A stretch of DNA of 64,000 nucleotides from Iphione sp. A-MEVVRFRX5 (taxonomy: Eukaryota). The notes under the pieces are model-generated. The model did no database searches. It worked only from the letters and a program-made list of their open reading frames with translations, and had not been told where the DNA came from. Positions 55,901 to 64,000 of the stretch are shown here, piece by piece. The position numbers and the translations under genes are program-made. The stretch covers positions 19,530,001 through 19,594,000 of the forward strand of contig OZ320321.1 of assembly GCA_976226885.1 (NCBI GenBank), read 5' to 3'. How positions within the stretch are numbered: the first letter of the stretch is position 1; each line of letters opens with the position of its first letter.

Positions 55901-56039
55901 CCAGGCCTGGTACGTGCGGCGCCACCTCCTCGGGGGAGTGATGGTCTGGTCGCTGGATCTGGACGACTTCACCGGCTACTTCTGTCGCGACGGGCCCTTC
56001 CCGTTGCTGCGCACCCTGGCGGACACGCTGAACAGGTAG
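31434..56039 (+). CDS. GH18 chitinase, 8 coding exons, 566 aa, N-terminally membrane anchored (gene span)
   Basis: join(31434-31998,45718-45906,48633-48889,50368-50492,51313-51436,52672-52857,54565-54684,55905-56039) = 1701 nt. All introns are GT-AG with compatible phases (1,1,0,2,0,0,0). Motifs [42 protein letters not shown] and WSLDLDDF are present. Confidence 0.9.
32976..33284. mobile_element. PIF/Harbinger-like MITE, 309 bp (family B), intron 1
   Basis: Left TIR GGCCCTGTTCACATACAACCGG; right TIR (reverse complement) GGGGTTGTTCACATATAACCAG; TAA at 32973-32975 and 33285-33287. Confidence 0.75.
40411..40869. mobile_element. Degenerate PIF/Harbinger-like MITE related to 1042-1604
   Basis: Right end CACACATGGAAAGCTGGCC|TAA; internal CACACATGGAAAGCACCT shared with ~1505-1521; weak left TIR GGCTTAATATCCATGTGCGCATG after TAT. 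Confidence 0.45.
43232..43415. mobile_element. Degenerate Tc1/mariner(pogo)-like MITE
   Basis: TA|CAATGGAGACTCTTTTAACGACCACC versus right end (reverse complement) CAGTGGAAGCTTTTCTGTAAAGACCACC; right TA not preserved. Confidence 0.45.
43993..44324 (-). mobile_element. MITE, 332 bp (family E), intron 1
   Basis: ~34-bp TIRs GGCC(C/T)AAACAAAAAATA.CTGTGTTTCC(G/A)GTAAC; subterminal CGACCGACCCT; TAA/TAT flanks. Confidence 0.8.
45718..45906 (+). CDS. Chitinase exon 2 (start of GH18 domain)
   Basis: TTGCAG| ... |GTAGGT; encodes [42 protein letters not shown]... Confidence 0.97.
46081..46415 (+). mobile_element. MITE, 335 bp (family E), intron 2, inverted relative to 43993-44324
   Basis: Left TIR GGCCTAACCAAAAAATATTTGTGTTTCCGGTAAC; right TIR GTTACCGGAAACACAGAACTTTTTTTAGGCC|TAA. 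Interior matches the reverse complement of the first copy (ATTTGA(T/A)ATAAGTT...ATTAAAATCT). Confidence 0.8.
48633..48889 (+). CDS. Chitinase exon 3 (catalytic DxxDxDxE motif)
   Basis: CTCCAG| ... |GTAGGT; encodes KVLLSVGGW...[17 protein letters not shown]. Confidence 0.98.
49134..49235. repeat. (GAT/GAC)n trinucleotide microsatellite, intron 3
   Basis: About 34 triplets, directly visible. Confidence 0.95.
50368..50492 (+). CDS. Chitinase exon 4
   Basis: TTTCAG| ... |GTGAGA; encodes [10 protein letters not shown]...[25 protein letters not shown]. Confidence 0.95.
51313..51436 (+). CDS. Chitinase exon 5 (absent from the ORF track)
   Basis: CCTTGCAG| ... |GTGACA; phase 2 start; encodes [41 protein letters not shown]. 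Confidence 0.96.
52672..52857 (+). CDS. Chitinase exon 6 (start of chitin insertion domain)
   Basis: CCTCAAG| ... |GTTGGT; encodes [30 protein letters not shown]...[10 protein letters not shown]. Confidence 0.96.
54032..54507. mobile_element. Non-autonomous CMC/EnSpm-like element, 476 bp, intron 6
   Basis: Termini CCCAGCTAACAC and (reverse complement) CCCAGCAAACAA; 2-bp TSD CT (54030-54031, 54508-54509); repeated subterminal CTACAA(C/T)(A/G)TTGTAG palindromic motifs. Confidence 0.75.
54565..54684 (+). CDS. Chitinase exon 7
   Basis: TTCTCAG| ... |GTTGGT; encodes [40 protein letters not shown]. Confidence 0.96.
55905..56039 (+). CDS. Chitinase exon 8 to the first stop (TAG 56037-56039)
   Basis: CGCCAG|; encodes [44 protein letters not shown]. 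Confidence 0.95.
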   Translation, partial: AWYVRRHLLGGVMVWSLDLDDFTGYFCRDGPFPLLRTLADTLNR

Positions 56040-56258
56040 CAGTCACTCCACGTCAGGATCGTCGCCGGCCCTGACTTCCCCCCGCCGCCTGCTGCCGCCG
56101 CCGACGTCGCCGACGACCGGAAGCTCGACGCGCGCCGTGAGTTGGAGGAGGAGGAGCGCCGCCTGGAGGCCGAGCTGAGGGCGTGGAGTTGGCGCCTGCG
56201 CAGAAACGTCTCCCGAACGCCGGCCAGCCAGTGGATCGAACCGGGCGACGAAATGTGA
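56040..56258 (+). CDS. Candidate in-frame readthrough extension of the chitinase (72 aa, then TGA)
   Basis: Encodes QSLHVRIVAGPDFPPPPAAAADVADDRKLDARRELEEEERRLEAELRAWSWRLRRNVSRTPASQWIEPGDEM; by hand GC3 is 62/72 versus GC2 38/72; stop context TAG CAG TCA. Confidence 0.6.
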   Translation, partial: QSLHVRIVAGPDFPPPPAAAADVADDRKLDARRELEEEERRLEAELRAWSWRLRRNVSRTPASQWIEPGDEM

Positions 56259-57714
56259 GTTGCAGCAGTCGCAGCGACCACTGCGCCACCTGGTCTCCTC
56301 CAGTTGAGGAGAAAGTGGCCTCCCCCCTCCCCCCTCCGCCGCCCCGGTGATTACTGGACGCACGTACACAGGTGGTGTACTGTGATATGGGTTGAAAAGA
56401 ATACCCTGGAGGACGAGAAACTTAGGCCCTATGCACATGTACGCGATTGAATCTTTTTGGAATCCCATCCGAAAGCAAAAGGACTGCCCATCGCGTGAAG
56501 AAACCAGCTGCAGGCGCTGGTGTCTATTCACTATTGAAGTCTATGAACATCGCATCTGATTGCAAAAGCAACCTGTTCTGCACCGATCAGGCTTTTCGGA
56601 GTTGGAGACAATTGTGGAAACATTGTCTACATTTGAACAGCTCCATTGTTTTAAGAAGACTGGGTAGAAATCGACATGGCTACCACATACATGTGCATAA
56701 CGCCTTACCGGGTTTGGCTTCGTAGGACTGGCATTTGATGTGATAAAGCCGGATGGACACAATTACATCAATTTCCGCAAAGGTCTCAAATGAAAAAAAA
56801 AAATCCAAAATGTCTTGTGATCTGTGGCAGGTGTTTAATACCGAAAAATTAATGTGCTTTCAGTCAGCTGGTGTAGATTTATATATGTAAGGATAATTTA
56901 AAACCTAGGCAATTATCTATTAAAAACGATTGATTATAGTGAACTAAGGAAAATAATATCTGTGAGAGAGTAACATGTATATATACACATGGATACTGAT
57001 GCCCTGTAGCGCAACTGTGATAACATTCAAGGGTTATCGATATGGAAGCTGTTACGATTAAACGTTATTAATATTTCTCTACCTGTATACATCACTTCTG
57101 TTTGCCATCTTATATACCCTCCCGACTACACCCAATCACTATCGACTTTCGGTACTGAATCGTAAATCAAATTCTACAGAATCATTTCCGAAGATTTAAT
57201 CGATAGTAGGGAATTGATTAGGGAACGTCCTTTTCTTGTTCTCTAATGCTGATTCATTTAAATAAATGTTCAAACAACTTAGTAAAAATACAGTTGAACA
57301 ATACATGAATCTACATATCTCACTCTATTTATTTATTTGTTTATTTATTTTCGCCCTAAGAGGATTCCAACTAAATTACTGGCCTTGTAACTCGTGACTC
57401 TGTCTGGCTCCCCCCACGACACATGTCAAGTAAACATTCTACCTACGAGATTCCCCGGTGACATATTGACTTACGATGGCTGCCGTGAAATGCCTTTAAA
57501 GAACCGCCGAGGACAGGTATTGGCAGGTTGGCCATGCGGGATGCATCCGGACCAACTGCCTGATGGGCACATTGACCGTTCCCACCAGGGTCCACGCCGC
57601 TGCTGCCCCGGCTAGCCTATCTGGCCGCATGCGTGGGGGGGGGGACGGCACCATGCAGCCTTTCCTGCCACACCAAGCTTCCTCTAGATACTACCGACTT
57701 CACTTCCTCCAACC

Positions 57715-58150
57715 CCCCACTCCGAGCCCCCACCCTGCCTCCTCAGTCACCTTAACTCTCCCTCCTTGCCTCACCTCTACACGCTACCATCACTACACAC
57801 AGACTAACAACCTCCCCAGCTTGCTGCCCCCCCCCATATTTCCTGGTGACCTCCAATCCCCACCCACCCCTACCCTGCCTCCTCAGTCGCCTTAACACCC
57901 CCCCCAGCCACCTCCCTGCACATGCTACCATCAGTACACACAGACTACAACCTCCCCAGCTTGCCCCCCCCCCATTTCCTGGTGACCTCCAACCCCCACC
58001 CACCCCTACACCACCTCCTCAGTTGCCTTAACTCCCGCCTTGCCTCCCCTCTACACGCTGCCATCACTATACGCAGACTAACAACCTCCCCAGCTTGGCC
58101 CCCCCCGTACTTCCTGGTGACCTCCAACCCCCACATCCTCCTTACCCCTG
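57715..58150. repeat. C-rich tandem repeat, ~135-140-bp unit, about 3 copies
   Basis: ACAACCTCCCCAGCTTG at 57807, 57947 and 58081; each copy contains TTCCTGGTGACCTCCAA. Confidence 0.9.
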
Positions 58151-58160
58151 CCCCTAACAG

Positions 58161-58272
58161 GATGTCGCTGATGGACGCTTCCCTGGTGGCCATGAAGGGA
58201 ACATCTGAGACCCGGCCGGTACCGGAACCGGAAAAAACCGAAGCGGACGCCTCTTTTACGAAGCCTATTTGA
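58161..58272 (+). other. Candidate alternative terminal exon of the chitinase
   Basis: Acceptor CTTACCCCTGCCCCTAACAG|G; the phase-2 frame is open for MSLMDASLVAMKGTSETRPVPEPEKTEADASFTKPI*; AATAAA downstream at ~58500 and ~58571. Confidence 0.3.
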
Positions 58273-58868
58273 GTGACGGCAGATGCGTAAAGTGGAAGGG
58301 GGCCGGGGCAATGGAAGAGAGCAACCAACTCGGTGGTTAAGGAAAGATCATACCCAGGGAGGCAAAAGGAACTGCTCTACAGATAACGATGATTTCACGT
58401 GTATCGCATTGGTCATTTATCTTTGGTTATGACAGAGAATTTATAACGAACGGAAAAGCAATATTAATCCAGGACAAGCGAGATCTTGATTTCAGAAACA
58501 ATAAATATAACATTGTTATGGGATACATAATCGTTTTGATAACCATTTACGTCACGTTTAATAACCAAAAATAAATCGCAATCTCTATTAGATTAAGCTT
58601 CAACGCAAAACAGCCTCAAACAACGCAGATGGTAATGGTGGAATTAAAGACACCAACCAATGAAGAGCAGTCGATACAGGAGAGGGACCGTGTCTTAAAG
58701 GCTCGCGCTTGTATTGCTGGCAGATCGACAATAGTCCACCCAGCCGGCGTGGACATTCACAAATATCGTATACAGTTGACTCTCACTCAAAGACGAGATT
58801 ACAAGGGAGACCAGATCACAACGGAGACCAGATTCTGCCAGTATACCAAACACACACACACATATATA

Positions 58869-59029
58869 CAGTCCACTCTCTCAATTCCGGACACCCTCCG
58901 TTCTGCTTCAAACCGTCCGCATTTGAAACGTGTCCGCATTGGAGATCGCTATATATATATTATACAAAATTATCGGGGAGGAGACCAGACCACAGTCCCA
59001 GTGGCCGTCTTCTAATTGAGAGTTGACTG
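58869..59029. mobile_element. Tc1/mariner(pogo/Tigger)-like MITE, 161 bp
   Basis: Left TIR CAGTCCACTCTCTCAATT; right TIR (reverse complement) CAGTCAACTCTCAATT; TA on both sides. Confidence 0.75.
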
Positions 59030-59466
59030 TACATGCAATTTTAAACAAGCACGTCCAGAAGTACCATGTGGATTTGAATGATCCCCGTTACTACAAGATT
59101 GAATACTTCACCAAGTGGATAGAACGTGTATTAGGAGTCACCCTTCATTACCGAGGAAGGCATGGATCCGCGTTCTGTTCTTTTTTTTTCATGTGGTGCC
59201 TCCGAGTGCCTCATACGTTGCCAACTGTCTCTTAAGCTGTCAAGAGTGTCAACGCCAGGGCCACATGCGATAGGTAATAGCATGAGAGATGCCCGGCGAC
59301 CGTGCGTAAATGTAATTTTTCACCTTCCCACTGCCACTTCCTACGAAGCCCCATCTACCGACTAACTACTACCTTAGCCATCATTAGAGCGGCTCTTGAC
59401 CCGACAGTGAACTGGCCTGTAGTCTGACCGCCACAGGAATATTCTACAACACCGTGTTTACCATAT

Positions 59467-59471
<5 letters not shown>

Positions 59472-59511
<40 letters not shown>
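59472..59511. repeat. (GA)n microsatellite
   Basis: Directly visible. Confidence 0.95.
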
Positions 59512-59514
<3 letters not shown>

Positions 59515-60513
59515 CGTTCTAGGCCACAATATTGCCACACGCCCCGTTCTGCAGGTCAGGTTTCTATGGTCGTAACCTGCATGGACAGGGGAAATAAAAA
59601 AAAAACACCCACACACAGTACACAGGCCATACTATCTCCCTCATATCCATACAATATTCACTCCCCGCAGGCCTCACCGCTACAGAGAGAGAGGGGGGGG
59701 GGGGGGGCTTACACCTTTTGTTGACCTATATTCCACGAAGCGACTTGGTCAGAGAGATAGAGCGGGGTTATCAGAGCGATTGCCGCTCCGGGGCCCGAGC
59801 AGCTCAACTGGGGGGAGAGAGGAGATTATTTAGGGGCTGACCCGCACTGCCGAGCTGCTCAGGAAAGGTCTGGACACAGAATGCGCGACGCCTGAAGAGG
59901 GATCGTTTGCCTATGCATGAAAGATTAAAATTGCCCCCCCCCTCCCCTCTAACCACCTTTTTTATACTTCAGTGTTTGATTAACCTTTCGTAACCGCGTA
60001 TTCAATTTCAAGACTTTACATTGAATTCCGAGTGCTCCAAACCGCTGAAAAATTTAAACGAGCAAATGTTGCCCTCAGATTGGGAAAGAACCAATCGATA
60101 ATGATAATAGGTCTGTGATGATGCATTAAGTGTCTAATAATACTCAGACCCCTCTCCTTCACAGCCTTGACGTGTTATGTCTCTAAGGATGAAAACAGTG
60201 TAATCTGTACCTAGTGCTTTGAAGCTTAATACATTACAACTTAAAGCATTTCCTGCAGTAATAATCTACATATAACGCTACATTTATTCAACCATCTTTA
60301 AACTGTGATCTACGGTAACTTTAGTTGGGACTATGGATCATGTTTAATATTCGTCTGAGAATTCATTGTCATTATGAAATTCTGACACATATTACTGGTG
60401 TGTGGTTGGCAGTGTCCACATCATTCTAACTCCGGTTCTACTTTGCAAAGTACATACATATATGATGCCGTTGTATATTTTATTTCTGCAGTGAACCCTC
60501 AGGAAGTGGGCAG

Positions 60514-61235
60514 CTCACTGACCAGGTCACCTCAGTAATACAACCAGAGCAGATGGAACTAAATCTAGATTTTATACTCTAGATCCCCCTCACTAATGAG
60601 GTCACCTCACTAATACAGTCAGTTCAGATGGAACTAAATCTAGACTTTATACTGTACATTCCCCTCACTACTCAGGTAACCTCAGTAATACAGCCAGTTC
60701 AGATGGAACTTAATCCTTACATTATACTGTAGATTCCCCTCACTAATCAGGTCACCCCAGTAATACAGCCAGTTCAGATGGAACTAGATCTAGACTTTAT
60801 ACTATATATTCCCCTCACTAATCAGGTCACCTCAGTAATGCATCCAGTTCTGATGTATCTGAGGCCCTTTTGACATGTATCGGTACCAAAGTTATGCTAA
60901 TGGATCTGAAACCATATTCCTATGAAATCAAGACACCCCTTCAGATGTGTATGAACTTTACAGCTATGCTTCCATATGCAGAAGGTGATTCCATCCAGGA
61001 CAGATTTTCTACAGTTATCGATGAATAGCTCATAGACTCCTATAATGAAATGCATGTGGTTACCATATGTAGCTTACGAACACTACGAGGGGTAGCTATG
61101 CTTTTGGATGCATAAGCATAACTTTGGTATGGATTCATGTGAAATGCTCCTAAATCTGTAACTTATATTTTAGATTCCCCTCACTAATCCTGTCATCTCA
61201 GTGATCGAAACTAATTTGGACGGAACCATTGGTGA
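60514..61235. repeat. 75-bp minisatellite, about 5.5 copies, last part split by a MITE
   Basis: CCCCTCACTA at ~60585, 60661, 60736, 60811 and again at ~61176; units contain CAGTTCAGATGGAACT. Confidence 0.9.
60863..61150. mobile_element. PIF/Harbinger-like MITE, 288 bp (family D)
   Basis: Left TIR GGCCCTTTTGACATGTATCGGTACCAAAGTTATGC; right TIR (reverse complement) GGAGCATTTCACATGAATCCATACCAAAGTTATGC; flanks TGA/TAA at a CTAAATCT site of the 75-bp unit. Confidence 0.75.
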
Positions 61236-64000
61236 CAGGATAAAGGAAATTCCACGGTATATATCTCCAGAAGAAATACAAAATGCACAGTACGTCAATT
61301 TTAGGTATATACCCCCCAAAACATCAGTCACACTATAGAGACAAAATGTGGTACTAAACAATTTATTTCAGAAATCCAGTGAGAACGTTTAAACGCCGTT
61401 AGATACGCAGAGGATTTTTGAACTAAACTCACTAGTATAATAAAAAAACTCTAACCAATTACGTTTCTGAAGTGGTCACATTTATGAACCCAACAGAACG
61501 TAACAAATGCTCTTGAGCAGCAGCAACGAAGCCTGATATGAAAGGTTTCTTGTTCCGACGTGACTTTCTGTTGCATTCATTTGCTGCGTCTTTAATTCAG
61601 CCTAGCGCTCAGAGGCGGTGTGACACGATTCGGCCCGAGTAAATTAAATCTATGGAGAAGATATTGGAACTAGTGAGCGGTAATTACTGTCAGCTTATTG
61701 CCGCACGAAAACCGCGGAGAATTGTCTAATCTAAAAAAGAAACATGACGAATAGCTACCTCGGGTCCTGCTGGTCTCCTGAACCCCGCGGGCAATTTCCC
61801 CGCGAAGCCCTATTCAGTGTAACACTTCCACCTGGTACAGACAGCGCCGCCTCGTGGGGGAAAGGTGTCAAAGAAGAAAGAGCTGGGAACTGGAAGTGCA
61901 AAGGGGGCATTAATTCCCCCCTCCCCCCCCCCGCCCCCAGCGGAACTTGGGTCCCCCAGTCCGACGTTATATAGCACGTACTGGGTTGCGTGGCCTCAAA
62001 GGCCATTCCTGTTGTGGTACTCTCACATTGATCGATGTCCTGAGGGAGCCTCCCGCCTCTGTAATACGTTGCCGGACGGCCCCTCGATTGGCCAGCCTCC
62101 CTGGGTCTAAAGCCTGTCGCTGTGAGAGAAAATCCGCCATTGCCTCATGAGCTATATTCGCCTAGCACGGTCACCAATCTTTTTTTTTTTTCGGCGACAT
62201 CGGGACATTTCGATAATAGCCCATGAAAGAATGGGAGGGAGCGTAAGACGAATCGAGATGCTCAATTTAGGAGAAGGAATTTTCATATTTCTTTTTTTTC
62301 AGGTTTTCTTTCAAACACGGGCACTCAGTCGAGCAACAATCAATCAAGGATTGTCCCAATGGAAAAGCGGGGGGGGGGTGCTGCTGGAAGAAGGCACATT
62401 GCATATTTAAAACCCCCGTGTCCTCTCCATAACTATTGTTCCCGTCATTTGCGGAATGCAAACTCCCCCCCCCCCTCCCAACCCATTGCGCCCCCGTGCC
62501 CCCCACCCCGACCCCTCCACGACCAATGGCTCAATTCCATCGTCATCTACTCGGTGATCATAGACAATAATTGGCTGGCCTCTCGTGCGTTCAGCGCCCT
62601 CTGTGCTCGGCTTCGTGAAGCCTGCGTGATGATGGCTTCATCGCTCCAATCCAAACGACTCGTGCATCATTGTCACAGCCGAGAAGCGAGAACTCTTACC
62701 CAGACCGTGTTATGCAGCAAATATTGTTCTTATATGCCTTTGGCTCAGATCAAAGGCGTCAGGGAAATAAGCACCAGGTCCAGTTTTTTTTCCAGGGGGT
62801 AGCTGCAGTAGTCTCTTTGATATACGGTGCATGTAAAATGAGGAAACAGGGGGGGGGGGATAGTAGTAAGGCAAAAGGGAAGACGCCCCACAAAAAGCTA
62901 ACACTTGTTTTTTTCGCTAATCAATGTCATGTGCAAGTGCAATGTCTGGGCAAAGAAAAACCTATCATGTTCTCTCCTCCTTTAGGTACATAATGTGTAT
63001 ATAAAGTGTGGCAATCTAGTGATGAGTCATTTCGTGAATATGTTGATGAATCATTTCGTGAATATGTTCCGTAGAAAACGATTTCCACGGTAGCGAAACT
63101 TACGAGTGACCTTGATCTGAAAACTAGTCGAGGAAAAAAGGCAGTCTGGTTAAGGAGGAGGTGCCACCATATAGTCCACACAGCACCGTAAAGATTTTAC
63201 TACACGGTGAAATACGGGGTAGGTTATTATAGGGTGAGGCGCGCACTTTTAATGAGAACATTACAAGACTTCTCTAGTTCATTAAAATCCGTAATGATTC
63301 GGCAGAGAGAAAGTCCGATGTTTTGAGGGAACGAATGACATATACTCTGTAATTTGCTTTTCGCTCCACTCAGCAAGGCTTCGACTATAGGCACCTTCTG
63401 ATGGAGAGAATTTGTTTTTACATTTCGTTCACCAAGCAGTCTTGTCTGGAGATGGTGTTAAGAAGAATGTATTGTTCTCTATTTCAATACATATATATAT
63501 TCTACGGTTGTAGACTAGACTACCTTCTATCTGGAGTGTTTAGTGCGCAAAAAACAGTCACATACAGTAGGATAAGCACATCACGAATGGGAATTAATTG
63601 GTAATAAGCTAAACTAATTTTTTCCAACATGGCAAAGGTAAGTTATGTGTAGATCGCATAATGATATATAATGATATATATATATGATTCTTCCCTTGGA
63701 ATGGCAGATAGCTAAATTTGCGATTGCGACAGTGCAGTTTCATATCTCATTGCTTGCTTGACATTTACAGGTAGACGCTTCCATTCCTTTACTCCTGACA
63801 TATTGTATAACCTTCGTATCAGTTCTAATCTTGGACTTGGTGCCTACATCTGGATATCAGCCCTTCTTTTTGTCTATCAATTTATGTCCTTTCATTTTGC
63901 AGTTAATTCTTCATAAAGAACACTCTTTGTATTAGATATAATCAAAGTAATCTTCCTCTAATGTCTTAAATCTTTCCCTAACCTAGTGATGAGAGGGCAG

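Noticed and set aside
56245-56383. ShK-like Cys motif (SCSSRSDHCATW) in the -1 frame after the extension
   Set aside because: Only two Cys, no conserved Asp and no slippery site; not a domain.
60514-60860. CRISPR-like array
   Set aside because: Whole units are repeated with no unique spacers, and the context is eukaryotic with no cas genes.

Overview
Gene-poor, repeat-rich animal genomic DNA from an unidentified invertebrate. It has GT-AG introns, TTAGGG tracts, a tRNA-derived SINE family and three N gaps; no prokaryotic operon, rRNA, genuine tRNA or CRISPR features were seen. One protein-coding gene is well supported: an 8-exon GH18 chitinase on the + strand (31434-56039, 566 aa, intact [11 protein letters not shown] catalytic motif, consistent splice phases). 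Two things are unusual. (1) The inferred first exon encodes a ~143-aa His/Gly/Arg-rich tail and a type II transmembrane anchor instead of a normal signal peptide. (2) The stop codon lies in an exact TMV-type leaky context (TAG CAG TCA = UAG-CARYYA), followed by a hairpin and 72 in-frame codons with coding-like bias, suggesting stop-codon readthrough. The rest is non-autonomous DNA transposons (PIF/Harbinger-like, Tc1/mariner-like, CMC/EnSpm-like), two SINE copies, a TIR-flanked interstitial telomeric tract and several mini/microsatellites. All counts were made by hand.
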